The notes: generated from the sequence alone by a model not told the origin. Positions 19,545 through 29,536 are shown, numbered from the stretch's first letter. The stretch is 64,000 bases of DNA from Pirellulales bacterium (GCA_041750795.1 JBGSYQ010000064.1:5016-69015); one strand, 5' to 3'. A program made the numbers and translations.

Positions 19545-20552
19545 TTATTGATAAATCGGGTCCAGTTCTCGCGCGACGTAATCCATCGAAATCCGCCAGC
19601 TCTCCAGCGGCGAGACGCGAATCGTGTCCAGATCGTGATTGATCCAGCCCCGATACTTCACCTGGGCCAGCATCCGCATCAGCACCGTAAAGTCGATCTG
19701 CCCGCGTCCCAGCTCGAGCATCGAGTTGTAGAACTTTCCCGACTTCGAATCGCCGGCGTAGCGCTGGCCGTTGGGCGCCACGTAGTCGTCGGCGACCGGT
19801 GTCAGTGTGGCGTCTTTGAAATCGGTGTACACCAGCCGGTCGATCGACTTGCGATACGTGTCCACCACGTCGCATCCGCCTAACAGCAGGTGGGCCGAAT
19901 CCCATGCGCAAAACACCCAGCGCGGATCGGTCCCTGCGAGAAAACGATCGACTTGCGCCTGGTTCTCGATCAACGAGTCGGTGTGATTGTGCAGTCCCAT
20001 GCGCACGCCGAACTCTTCCACCGCCATTTTGCCCAACTCGTTAAGAAATCCGAATGAGTCTTTCAGGGCGGCCGCCTCCTCGGCTCCCTCGGCCAGCCCC
20101 GGCGGAAAGAATACCATTGCGTCGGCGCCATACTTTTGATGTGCCGCCAGCGCAACGCGCGCCCGGCGGCGGATGTCGTCCTGCTGTGCCGGATCGTAAT
20201 ACTGGCCGCCGAATGATACGGTGGAGAACTTCAGGCCGCGTTTGGCCAATTCGTCCCCGTACTGTTCGAGCGACATCCCATTGCGCTCGAGAATGCTTGG
20301 AAAACCGGTGAGGCGGACGCCGTTGAAGCCGCCGGCGGCCGTCTCGTCGAGGATTCTCAGCAGCGGCAATGGCTCACCCGGCGGCGTCACCGGGCCCCAA
20401 CAGCCGGTCGATAGCGCGTACAGGACGTTCGGCCGCTGGCGAGGGCGCGCCTGCGAGTCGAGCGCCGCGCTGCGATGAACGCGCCCCAGCAGAGGAGTCG
20501 CAACCCCGGCGGCGGCAGCGCCCAGAAACGTGCGGCGATTCACGCGTGTCAT
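19545..20552 (-). CDS. Xylose-isomerase-like TIM-barrel protein (sugar phosphate isomerase/epimerase family) with TAT signal
   Basis: 335 aa with a twin-arginine motif NRRTFLGAAAAG. Body is TIM-barrel AP-endonuclease-2/isomerase-like (GFNGVRL.., HNHTDSLIE). Confidence 0.75.
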   Translation of the reverse strand: MTRVNRRTFLGAAAAGVATPLLGRVHRSAALDSQARPRQRPNVLYALSTGCWGPVTPPGEPLPLLRILDETAAGGFNGVRLTGFPSILERNGMSLEQYGDELAKRGLKFSTVSFGGQYYDPAQQDDIRRRARVALAAHQKYGADAMVFFPPGLAEGAEEAAALKDSFGFLNELGKMAVEEFGVRMGLHNHTDSLIENQAQVDRFLAGTDPRWVFCAWDSAHLLLGGCDVVDTYRKSIDRLVYTDFKDATLTPVADDYVAPNGQRYAGDSKSGKFYNSMLELGRGQIDFTVLMRMLAQVKYRGWINHDLDTIRVSPLESWRISMDYVARELDPIYQ

Positions 20553-20591
20553 GGTTAGACCCCCTTGGCAGTGCGATCGAATAGTCGCTGG

Positions 20592-21542
20592 CTACCCCTG
20601 TTCGGCAAAAGGCCACAGCTTGAGGGCCGTTTCGCCCAGGATCCAGCGGCGATCATCGTCGTTGAAAAACTTGATCTCGTCGCGATATAGCGCCAGCGCC
20701 CTTGCATAGCCGCAATATTCCTCGACCGCCGGCCAGTCGGTGCCCCACATCAGTCGCTCCGGGCCAAATGCGTCATACAGCTTGCGTACCTGGTCGTGCG
20801 TGTCGCGGTAGGGATAGTCCTGTTTCGACAACAACCACAGGTGGCTCAACTTGACGTACACGCGCGGATAACGGGCCAACGTCAGCAGCTTCTTCAACTC
20901 CGCCGGCTGATCGATCGGGCAGTCGGCCATGTGGTCGATGCACACGTCCAATCGATCGCCCTGCCGGGCAATCACCCGCTCCACGTCGGGAATGCGCCCG
21001 ATGGGGCACAATACGCACATCGGCACGCGCAATTCGGCGGTCCGCTGCCAAATGCGATCCATCCGCGCCACGTCGTTGATCCAATCGCCGCCGGGCCCCA
21101 ACGCGGGACTCAGCCGCACGCCGCGAAAGCCCTCGGCCATCCAATGATCCAGATCGTTGGCGGACGTGGCGCTCTCCGGATCGATACGGCACACGCCGGC
21201 AAACTTGTCGGGATGCCGGCGCACTACGGTTGCTGCATAACGGCAGTCCCAGCGATAGTAGATCACGTGTACGATCACCGTGCGCTCGACGCCGTTGGCC
21301 TGCATGAGCTCGAGCAGCGTCTCCGGCAGCGCGTCTCCGGTGGGCGGGTTTTGCAAGTCGGCCGGCCAGGGGAACTGCGGATCGTTCTTCCACACGTGTA
21401 CGTGCGGATCGATCACGCGGAGCTTACGATCGTCGGCGGCCATTGACAGGTTTCCAAAAATACGGGATCCCGCCATTACACCGGCCGCCGCGGTCGCCCG
21501 GCCCAGCCAGCGGCGTCGGTTGATCGCGGGGCGAACGGCCAT
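20592..21542 (-). CDS. Amidohydrolase-2 family protein (lactonase/decarboxylase-type) with TAT-like signal
   Basis: 316 aa with NRRRWLGRATAAAG. The metal motif VIDPHVHVW and later DHMADC and GTDWP are typical of amidohydrolase_2. Confidence 0.8.
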   Translation of the reverse strand: MAVRPAINRRRWLGRATAAAGVMAGSRIFGNLSMAADDRKLRVIDPHVHVWKNDPQFPWPADLQNPPTGDALPETLLELMQANGVERTVIVHVIYYRWDCRYAATVVRRHPDKFAGVCRIDPESATSANDLDHWMAEGFRGVRLSPALGPGGDWINDVARMDRIWQRTAELRVPMCVLCPIGRIPDVERVIARQGDRLDVCIDHMADCPIDQPAELKKLLTLARYPRVYVKLSHLWLLSKQDYPYRDTHDQVRKLYDAFGPERLMWGTDWPAVEEYCGYARALALYRDEIKFFNDDDRRWILGETALKLWPFAEQG

Positions 21543-21575
21543 GGCCTGACTCCTGCGCGGGTTCGTTGTCAGTCG

Positions 21576-21758
21576 TCAATCGCGCGGCGGAAGCTTCGCG
21601 ACCCAGTCGGAGTATACCGCCGGCCGCTCGACTATTCCTTCGTGTACGAAGACGCCAAAGCGCAATCGCACGGCTGGATCGGCCGCAGCAAGTGGCGGCA
21701 ACCGATGTCCCAGCAGCATCAACACCAAGAGCACGAGACAGCCGCTCGATTTGCTCAC
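21576..21758 (-). CDS. Possible small membrane-anchored hypothetical protein (60 aa)
   Basis: The GTG overlaps the DJ-1 TGA (GTGA). The product is VSKSSGCLVLLVLMLLGHRLPP.. then DPAVRLRFGVFVHEGIVERPAVYSDWVAKLPPRD. Support is positional only. Confidence 0.3.
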   Translation of the reverse strand: MSKSSGCLVLLVLMLLGHRLPPLAAADPAVRLRFGVFVHEGIVERPAVYSDWVAKLPPRD

Positions 21759-22330
21759 GCTTTGCCCTCCACTTGGCGCCGGGCCTCGTTGAGCATCTTC
21801 ATCCACGCGCCGATGTAGTGCCCGTGATCGTGATAGGTGCGCCCGCTCACCAGGTTGCCGTCGATGACGCAGGGCTCGTTGACGAAGATGCCGCCGCACA
21901 CCTCGAGGTCGAACTGGCACTTGGGCACCGTGGCCATGCGGCGCCCCTTGACGCAGCCGGCACGGGCCGGAATCTCCACCCCGTGGCAGACGCTGGCGAT
22001 CGGCTTGTTGGTTTCGAAGAAATGCCGCGTGATGCGCAGCAGATCTTGATCCTCGCGGATATACTCCGGTGCTCGCCCGCCGCTGAAAAAGATGCCGAGA
22101 TAGTCCGCCGGATCGACGTCGGCAAAGCGCACGTCCGCTTCGATCGTGTAGCCTTCCCATTCCTTGGTGATGGTCCAGCCCGGCTTCACTTCGTGCAACA
22201 CCATCTGATAGCGGCGCTTTTCCGGAGCGGCCACCACCGGCACAAAGCCGTCCTCCTGCAAGCGATAGTAGGGATACAGCGTGTCCACCGTTTCGGTGGC
22301 ATCGCCGACGACGATCAGCACCTGGTTCAT
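21755..22330 (-). CDS. DJ-1/PfpI family protein
   Basis: MNQVLIVVGDATETVDTLYPYYRL..GIFFSGGRAPEYIR..PIASVCHGVEI contains the nucleophile-elbow Cys-His. Start set at the internal ATG 22330. Confidence 0.85.
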   Translation of the reverse strand: MNQVLIVVGDATETVDTLYPYYRLQEDGFVPVVAAPEKRRYQMVLHEVKPGWTITKEWEGYTIEADVRFADVDPADYLGIFFSGGRAPEYIREDQDLLRITRHFFETNKPIASVCHGVEIPARAGCVKGRRMATVPKCQFDLEVCGGIFVNEPCVIDGNLVSGRTYHDHGHYIGAWMKMLNEARRQVEGKA

Positions 22331-22478
22331 GACATGCAGGGGGCAGCAGGGAGGGCGGCACGAGGGCCGGAAGCGGGAAACGTTCAACTCGCACGCCAAT
22401 GTAGCCGAATCGTGCGACAGGTGCCACAAGCGGGCAGCGGAAATGGGCCAACAGCCCGTCGAAGAACTCGACGGGCCG

Positions 22479-23564
22479 CTAGATAGCCGCGGGCTGTGTG
22501 GCGGGGGCGGGCTTGCCGTAGTGATAGCCTTGCGCCAGATCGAAGCCGAGCTGCGCGCAGACGTCGCCTTCGGCCTGGCACTCGATGCCTTCGGCCAGCA
22601 CCCGCACGCCCAGGTCGTGTGCCATGCGGACCAGCGTCTCCAGCATCTGCTGACGTTGAGCGGTCCCCTTGTGAATGTCGCGCACCAGGCCGATATCGAA
22701 CTTCAAGCAATCGGGCGGAACCTCGATCAGGTCGACGAGCCGGGCCTGGCCCGCGCCAAAGTCGTCGTACGCAAGCTGAATGTCCAACTCCTTGAGCGAC
22801 CGGTGAAGCGCGAGCATCCTCTCCAAGTCGGTGATCGCGGCCTCGTGGATCTCGAGCGTCAGCGGCACGTTCGGCGCCACCTCACGCAGCTCGACGAGCG
22901 ACTCGACAAGTCCTTCCTCGGACAATTCCGCCGGGTGCGTGTTTAGAAAAAGGTTCGAGCCATCCGCCAGGTCCAGACCTTGCCGCACGCCTTCGTGACG
23001 AAACAGCCGGCTCAACGCGGATTCCAGCTTCAGCCGCGCCGCCACGGTAAACATCTGGGCCGGACTGCGCAGCCCGTCCAGCGAACTGCGAGCCAGCACT
23101 TCATAGCCGACAGTCCCGCCCTCCGTCAGGTCGACGATCGGCTGATAGAAAGGCGTGGCTGCACCGGGCGTGAACAGCTTGTCGAATTGACCGATCGACC
23201 ACACCCAGTCGTTCGCATCGACCTGCATCGTCATGCCGGCATCGGCGGCCGACTGATTGGCGAGTCGAAACTCTTGATTGGCAAAGTGTACGACGTCGCC
23301 GTGCGCCAGCGGCGTATCGCATTGGATTTGATTGCCGTTGACGAACGTGCCGTTGCGACTGCCCAGGTCGCGGAGCACGAGCTTGCCCCCTTGCTCCCGG
23401 ATTTCCGCGTGATCCTTCGATACCCCGACCCCCGTCAGACAGAACGACGCGCCGGCGCGGCGGCCGATGCGAAACGGCAGCGTATTGATGGACACCTGTC
23501 GCAAGCTGGGAGGATCGCCCACAAGCCCTTCCAAGTACCAGGAGGAGGTCGGCCGTGATTCCAT
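22479..23564 (-). CDS. FHA-domain / EAL-domain protein (predicted c-di-GMP phosphodiesterase)
   Basis: The N-terminus is FHA-like (FRIGRRAGASF..VSKDHAEI..LRDLGSRNGTFVNG). The C-terminal EAL domain has all remembered catalytic motifs: YEVLARS, LFLNTHP, LEIHE, YDDFGAGQA, LKFD, AEGIE, QGYHYGKP. Start set at MESRPTS. Confidence 0.85.
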   Translation of the reverse strand: MESRPTSSWYLEGLVGDPPSLRQVSINTLPFRIGRRAGASFCLTGVGVSKDHAEIREQGGKLVLRDLGSRNGTFVNGNQIQCDTPLAHGDVVHFANQEFRLANQSAADAGMTMQVDANDWVWSIGQFDKLFTPGAATPFYQPIVDLTEGGTVGYEVLARSSLDGLRSPAQMFTVAARLKLESALSRLFRHEGVRQGLDLADGSNLFLNTHPAELSEEGLVESLVELREVAPNVPLTLEIHEAAITDLERMLALHRSLKELDIQLAYDDFGAGQARLVDLIEVPPDCLKFDIGLVRDIHKGTAQRQQMLETLVRMAHDLGVRVLAEGIECQAEGDVCAQLGFDLAQGYHYGKPAPATQPAAI

Positions 23565-23781
23565 GTCGATGCTGCCTCGGCGCAAAGGTGCAGATGTGTC
23601 GTGCGATCGGAGGAATCCCTCCAAGAAATAGCCTAGCTCGCCCCGCGGCGCGCACAACGGCGCGATCGCTACGACCGCCACGATTGCACCGAAGAATCGG
23701 CGTCCAGGAAGACGTCGAGTGCTGGCGCGGCGAAAACGGTCGCCGCGCGCTCTCGAACCGCCGGCAGCAAAACCCAGCGCC

Positions 23782-26247
23782 CTACTGTTCCGGTGCCGAC
23801 CAGTGGTCGCCCCAGCCGGCGTAGAGGTCGGCCAGAAACTGCTGCCATGCCTCTTTGGTGCGCGACGGCGGAAACGGCTGCGGAGCCTCGGGCCGCACGG
23901 CCTCCCACACCACGTCGAACTGGGCCTCGTCCTTGATCTGGCCGATGCGCGGCGTCTTATAAGCGTGCCGCGTGGCAGGGTCGATGCGCAGCGGGCCTTC
24001 GGGCGCCGCCATGTGTTGCTCGAGGATCTTCTGCCGAATCACCCGCACGTCGTCGGTTTTCGCCTCCTCGACGGCGTTGGCCCAGAGCTTCACGCCGACG
24101 TAGGCCGCTTCCATCGGATCGGTGACCACGCGCTGCGGACTGTAGCTCTTGTGAAACCGATCGACGAAGCCGATGTTCTCGGCCGAATCGATCGACTGAA
24201 AATAGTTCCAGGCCGCATAGTCGCCGACCATTTGTGACACGTTCATCAACCGCAGCTCTTGCTCGCCGATGCTGAAGGAGATGGTGGGCAACTGCTCCGG
24301 AGTAATGCCGGCAGCGCGCAGCTCCTTGAAAAAAGGAATATTTGAGCTGCCGTTGATCGTGTTGACGATCACGTCGGCGCGGCTGGACAGGATCTGCTCG
24401 ACGATCGGCTTGACGTCGAAGCTGCCCAACGGCAGATAAGCCTCGCCGACGACCTCGGCGTTCATTTCATCCAACGTATCGTTGATGATGGCGTTGGCCG
24501 CTCGCGGAAATACATAGTCGGAGCCCACCAGAAAGAAACGCCGCTTGCCCAGAAAGGCAAACGCCCAGCGTATGGCCGGAATGATCTGTTGATTCGGCGT
24601 GGCGCCCAGGTAGAGAACGTTCGGAGACTCTTCCAGGCCTTCGTACTGGACCGGATACACGAGCAAACCGTCGTGACGCTCGAATATGGGCACCACGGTC
24701 TTGCGACTGGCCGACGTCCAGCAGCCGAACACCGTGCTGATCTTGTCCTCGTTGAGCAGTCGACGCGCTTCGCGCGCGAACACCTCGGGGTCGGATCGTC
24801 CATCGCGCACCACGGCCTCGACCGGCCGCCCCAGCACGCCGCCGGCTTCGTTCAACTCGTCCACCGCCAACAGCGCAGCGTCCACGACGGGCGACTCGCT
24901 CTCGGCCATGGTGCCGGTGATCGAGTGCAGGATGCCGATGCGGATCGGCGGGCCCGTCGGAACCGGCGCTGCGGCGGGCAAAACGCCGGCAACGGAAGCT
25001 GCCGACGCAACCGCCGAATCGGACGGCGGCCGCCGCAAGAACCATGCAAACGCCCCCACTGCCAAGAGCACCGCGACTGCGGTGGCTGCCCCCAACAACA
25101 AGCCGACGGATTTGGACTGTCGCGGCGCATGGCTCGGCTGTGCCATCGGCGGCGGCATCAGGGGCTGTGCGTGCGTGCCCGATTGGCTGGGCAGCGTGAC
25201 GTTGACGCCCGAAACCGTGGCTAGCAGCGCCTCGAGATCGGCCAGCATTTCGCCGGCGTGCTGATAGCGGTCTTCCGGCAGCTTGGCCATGGCCCGCGCC
25301 ACGATCTGCGTGCAGGCCGCGGGAATGCGCGAATTAATGGCGCGCGGATCGAGGGACGGCCCGTTGCAGTGTGCGTACATCACCTGCACGATGCTGCCCA
25401 TGCTGTCGTAGGGATTGATGCCCGTGAGCATGCAGTAGTAGGTGGCGCCGAGCGAATAGATGTCGCTGCGATGATCGATCGGACGGGCCTCGCACTGCTC
25501 GGGACTCATGAAGTAGGGAGTGCCGACGATCTTGCCGGCCTGGGTCACTTGGCGCGCATGATCGATTGCCTGCCGGGCGAGCCCGAAGTCGGCGATCTTG
25601 ATCGTGGCGTCTTGCGTGTACAGCAGATTGGCCGGCTTGATATCGCGATGAACCATGCCGGCGGCATTGGCGGCCGCCAATCCGCGGCAAGCGTCGGCCG
25701 TGACGCGCGTGGCGTCGTACACGGACAGGTGGCCGGTTCGCTCCATCTGATCGGCGACGCTGCCGCCACTGACGTACTCCATCACCAGGTAGTAGTGCTC
25801 GCCCTCTTGCCCCACCTCATAGATTGCCACGGTGTTGGGATGGTTGAGCTTGCCGGCCGCTTTGGCCTCCGAAAGAAATCGTTGCAGGTTGACCGAGTTC
25901 TCTGAGACCAGGTCGGGCAACAACTTGACGGCGACTTCGCGGTCGATCACCTCGTCGTAGCCGCGGTACACCACGCCCATGCCGCCCACGCCCAGCACGC
26001 CACGAATCTCATACCGCCCGAGGCGCTTGCAGACCCAGGCATCGATCGCAGCTTGCCGCGATTCGCCGCCGACCGTGGGCGAGCGCGACGAGGTGTCGCT
26101 CGACAGGTACTGCGTCTCCCCCAGCGTGTCCTCGCTCGACGGCAGATCGGGCGGTGAAGCGGCAGGCGCATCGGGCGCATCGGGCGCGCGATTCGGCTGC
26201 GGATCGGCGCCGGGAGGTGTCGGATCGGGACGGTTCGTGGCCGCCAT
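23782..26247 (-). CDS. Hanks-type Ser/Thr protein kinase with extracytoplasmic UrtA/AmiC-like (type-1 periplasmic binding protein) sensor domain
   Basis: Kinase motifs are GVGGMGVVY, AVKLL, HRDIKPANLL, IADFGLAR and YFMSPEQ. One TM segment follows (LLLGAATAVAVLLAVGAFAWF). The C-terminal ~400 aa are collinear with urea-binding UrtA as I recall it (IRIGILHSITGTMAESE..VFGCWTSASRK..LLVYPVQYEGLE..FLVGSDYVFPR..AAWNYFQS..DPMEAAYVGV). Start uncertain (26247 or 26376). Confidence 0.85.
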   Translation of the reverse strand: MAATNRPDPTPPGADPQPNRAPDAPDAPAASPPDLPSSEDTLGETQYLSSDTSSRSPTVGGESRQAAIDAWVCKRLGRYEIRGVLGVGGMGVVYRGYDEVIDREVAVKLLPDLVSENSVNLQRFLSEAKAAGKLNHPNTVAIYEVGQEGEHYYLVMEYVSGGSVADQMERTGHLSVYDATRVTADACRGLAAANAAGMVHRDIKPANLLYTQDATIKIADFGLARQAIDHARQVTQAGKIVGTPYFMSPEQCEARPIDHRSDIYSLGATYYCMLTGINPYDSMGSIVQVMYAHCNGPSLDPRAINSRIPAACTQIVARAMAKLPEDRYQHAGEMLADLEALLATVSGVNVTLPSQSGTHAQPLMPPPMAQPSHAPRQSKSVGLLLGAATAVAVLLAVGAFAWFLRRPPSDSAVASAASVAGVLPAAAPVPTGPPIRIGILHSITGTMAESESPVVDAALLAVDELNEAGGVLGRPVEAVVRDGRSDPEVFAREARRLLNEDKISTVFGCWTSASRKTVVPIFERHDGLLVYPVQYEGLEESPNVLYLGATPNQQIIPAIRWAFAFLGKRRFFLVGSDYVFPRAANAIINDTLDEMNAEVVGEAYLPLGSFDVKPIVEQILSSRADVIVNTINGSSNIPFFKELRAAGITPEQLPTISFSIGEQELRLMNVSQMVGDYAAWNYFQSIDSAENIGFVDRFHKSYSPQRVVTDPMEAAYVGVKLWANAVEEAKTDDVRVIRQKILEQHMAAPEGPLRIDPATRHAYKTPRIGQIKDEAQFDVVWEAVRPEAPQPFPPSRTKEAWQQFLADLYAGWGDHWSAPEQ

Positions 26248-26594
26248 GCACGCACTCGTAAAGGTCTGAGTTGGATTGCAGCGCCGGTGCCGCCAGCCTT
26301 TCGAGATCCGGCGGCCGCAGCAAGCGTTCAACGCCGACAAATCATTGGAAAAATCCTGCTGCAATCGGTACGCCAAGTATAGCGTGCATCGGCCGATCGG
26401 GCGATGACGGCTCGCCGCACCTTGACGGCTCGCCCGCGAACACTCGTCGCCGCTAATATGACTACGACAGAAGTCCCGCTATGTGCGGGATGCGCCAGGA
26501 AAATGGTCGGCCTGTAGCGGAAGTTGCTATCGTGCGGGCGGTGGGCCACTATGATGAGACCACTGTCTGCGAAAACCGGGACGATCCACCGCCG

Positions 26595-27821
26595 ATGTCA
26601 CACTCCGCCGCTAGCTCCGCCGAGTCCGATCGGGCCTCCGGCCCCTGGACGATGGATGCCCCACCGGGCGCCGAAACCGTGGTCAACGGGCGGCGCGTCC
26701 TCTACTTTGCCGGCACCGGTTACCTCGGCCTGCAGTCGCACCCCGCACTGGTTGCCGCAGCTCACGACGCGCTGGCGCGATTCGGCATCCACACCGCCAC
26801 CAGCCGCAACGGCTATGGCACTTGCCCCCCGGTGCGCGAGGTGGAGCGGCGCGCGGCCGAATGGCTCGGGGTCGAGGACGCCGTCTACCTGGTGAGCGGC
26901 TACGCTGGCAACACGGCCGTGACGGCCACCTTGTCGGGCACGATCGACTGCGCGCTGATCGACGAGCATGCGCACGAATCGCTCTACGAGTCGATGCGCA
27001 GCCTTGAGTCGCTCGCACAGCCGCCCATCGTGTTTCGACATTGCGACGCGGAACATCTCGGCCAACTGCTCGCGCGGCACGCCTCCGCTGGCCAGCGTCC
27101 CTTGGTATTGACCGACGGGCTATTCGCCGTGAGTGGTCACCTGGCGCCGTTGGACCGTTATCTGCAAGTACTCCAACAATTCAACGGCGCGGCGCTGTTG
27201 GTCGACGACGCGCACGGGCTTGGCGTCTTGGGAGCGGCGGGGCGAGGCAGCATGGAACTTGCCGGCGTAACGCCGGAAACCGTGAATCGCGAAATCGACG
27301 AGATCGCAACCGGGCCGCGCGTGTACCACACGGCCACGCTCAGCAAGGCCATTGGTGGCCACGGGGGTGTGGTGGCTGGCTCCCGCAAGTTCCTCGACCG
27401 CGTGCGCAACGCCAGTGGTTGGTTCCGCGGGTCCAGCGCGCCGGCGGCCCCCGTTGCGGCAGCAACGTCCAAAGGGTTGGAGCTGGCCATGGCAATGCCC
27501 TCGCTGCGAGAGTCGCTGGGACGGAACGTGCTCCAACTGCGGCGGGCGCTTGGGGAACTGGGGCTGCCCGTCGAATCGAGTCCAGCGCCAATCGTGGGAC
27601 TGCGACTGGCAAGCGCTGCCGCGATGCAGCAAGTACACCGACGGCTGGCCGAGGCGGACGTCCTGATCGGTTATACCCGCGACTATGCCGGCGCCGGACC
27701 CGATGGTATGCTGCGAATCGCCGTGTTCGCCACCCACACGCCCCAGATGGTCGAGCGACTGATTGCCGCGCTGCGAGAAGCTTTACTTCGCACTGGGCTA
27801 GACGAGGTGCACCGAACGTGA
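26595..27821 (+). CDS. Alpha-oxoamine synthase family PLP enzyme (BioF/Kbl/SPT-like)
   Basis: YFAGTGYLGL, DEHAHESL, LLVDDAHGLGVLG and the PLP-lysine context TLSKAIGGHGG. Start set at MSHSAASS (26595). Confidence 0.8.
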   Translation: MSHSAASSAESDRASGPWTMDAPPGAETVVNGRRVLYFAGTGYLGLQSHPALVAAAHDALARFGIHTATSRNGYGTCPPVREVERRAAEWLGVEDAVYLVSGYAGNTAVTATLSGTIDCALIDEHAHESLYESMRSLESLAQPPIVFRHCDAEHLGQLLARHASAGQRPLVLTDGLFAVSGHLAPLDRYLQVLQQFNGAALLVDDAHGLGVLGAAGRGSMELAGVTPETVNREIDEIATGPRVYHTATLSKAIGGHGGVVAGSRKFLDRVRNASGWFRGSSAPAAPVAAATSKGLELAMAMPSLRESLGRNVLQLRRALGELGLPVESSPAPIVGLRLASAAAMQQVHRRLAEADVLIGYTRDYAGAGPDGMLRIAVFATHTPQMVERLIAALREALLRTGLDEVHRT

Positions 27822-29536
27822 AAGTACGACGAGCCTACCGAAAGTGGTTGTTCTGCCTGAGTTGCACGTGCCTGCTGATCCTCGCGCCGTGGGGCGCGAC
27901 GACCGCGGCGCTCGACCTGGATTCCGCCAAGGCTCGCTATGCCGCGATCGTCGAGGCAGAGCTTGCCCGCGACGTTGCACCAGGGGTGTCGGTGGCGTGG
28001 ATCGTCGACGGCCAGACCGTACACGCGGCCGGCTATGGGCTGGCCGATCGGCGCGCCAACATCCCGGCGACCGCCGACGCGATTTACCGGGCGGGTTCGA
28101 TTTCCAAGCTGTTCAATGCCTTGGCGGCCGTGCAATTGGTCGAGCAAGGCCAGCTCGACCTGGACGCGCCGATCGAGCAGGCCCTGCCCGAGTTTCGAAT
28201 CGTTGTGCCGTTTGCCAATGCCGGGCCGATTACGGCGCGGCAGTTGTTGTGTCACCGTTCGGGCATGATTCGCGAGTCGCCCGTCGGCGGATATCTGGAC
28301 AACCGGCAACCCACGGTGCAGGCGACGATCGCCAGCGTGGGCGATTGCGTGCTGGTCAATCCGCCGAACACGAAGACGCGCTATTCGAACGTCGGACCGA
28401 CGATCGTCGGCCGCGCGATCGAAGTGCAGACAGGCCGTGATTACGCCGACTATCAGCAACAGCACGTTCTGGGGCCCCTTGGCATGGCCAGCTCGGCCTG
28501 GCGGATGAACGACGCGCTGCGGCCTCGGCTGGCCAAGGGCGAGATGCGCGTGGCGTGCGGCAACGATATCTTCAGCTATGAACCCGCGCCCGAGTTCGAG
28601 TTGGGGACGCTTCCCGCGGGCAACCTCTACACCACGGCACCCGACCTGGCTCGCTTTGCCAGCTTCGTCATGGGAAGCGCGTCCAGGTCGGAATTATCGC
28701 CACCGCTGGTGAAACGAGAATCGCTGGACCTGATGCTCCGTGTGCAGTTGACGAACGACGGCACCGGATTCGGCCTGGGATTCTTCGTGAATCGGTATCG
28801 CGGGCACAAAACGGCGCAGCACATGGGCGCCGTTTATGGATTCACGACGTCGATCGTGGTGTTGCCTGCTGAGCGAATCGGCGTAGTGGTCTTGTCGAAT
28901 GTCGATATCGGGATGGCGCCGGTGCGGCGGCTGAGCGAGGCGGCGCTCGACCTGCTGCTGGAGGCCGTGCTCGGCGAAACTCCGCCAACACCGCCAGCAA
29001 CCGTGGAACTCGCCAGCGAAAACCTGGCCGAGTTCGTCGGCGATTATGAGTCCGAGAGCTATTGGGCCCGAACGTTCGTTGAGCACGGCAAGCTGCGCTG
29101 CCTGCTCTCGGGCCAGCGCCTCGACCTTACACCCGTGGGGCCCACCAGGTTTCTGGCCGATGGCCGGATGATGTCGCAAAGCGAGTTTGAGTTTCAGCGA
29201 AACGGAAATGGAATCGTCGCGGCGCTCAAGGCGGCGGGACAGTCATTTCGCCGTGTCGATCCCAACCAGGTGCCCGCCGCGCCGGCGGGTTGGCGGCGTC
29301 TACTGGGCAGCTATGGCCTGCGGTTCATCCCGCTGATCGTTTCCATACGCCACGGTCACCTGTATGCGTCGGTGGAAAACGAGTACGACTATCGTTTGAC
29401 GCCGGTCAACCGCGTCACCTTCGCTTTGCCGAGCGGCATGTACAGCGACGAGCAGATTGTGTTCCAGGAGGATGCAGCGGGTAACGTGGCAGGCGTCGTG
29501 ATGGCCAACATGGTTCTGCCGCGGCGCGACGACTGA
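27818..29536 (+). CDS. Beta-lactamase-fold serine hydrolase (class C / DD-peptidase / esterase family), secreted or anchored
   Basis: GTG 27818 overlaps the upstream TGA (GTGA). A signal-anchor WLFCLSCTCLLILAPWG is followed by S-x-x-K (AGSISKLF) and Y-x-N (RYSNVGP). The track ORF (27041..) is over-extended. Confidence 0.85.
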   Translation: MKVRRAYRKWLFCLSCTCLLILAPWGATTAALDLDSAKARYAAIVEAELARDVAPGVSVAWIVDGQTVHAAGYGLADRRANIPATADAIYRAGSISKLFNALAAVQLVEQGQLDLDAPIEQALPEFRIVVPFANAGPITARQLLCHRSGMIRESPVGGYLDNRQPTVQATIASVGDCVLVNPPNTKTRYSNVGPTIVGRAIEVQTGRDYADYQQQHVLGPLGMASSAWRMNDALRPRLAKGEMRVACGNDIFSYEPAPEFELGTLPAGNLYTTAPDLARFASFVMGSASRSELSPPLVKRESLDLMLRVQLTNDGTGFGLGFFVNRYRGHKTAQHMGAVYGFTTSIVVLPAERIGVVVLSNVDIGMAPVRRLSEAALDLLLEAVLGETPPTPPATVELASENLAEFVGDYESESYWARTFVEHGKLRCLLSGQRLDLTPVGPTRFLADGRMMSQSEFEFQRNGNGIVAALKAAGQSFRRVDPNQVPAAPAGWRRLLGSYGLRFIPLIVSIRHGHLYASVENEYDYRLTPVNRVTFALPSGMYSDEQIVFQEDAAGNVAGVVMANMVLPRRDD

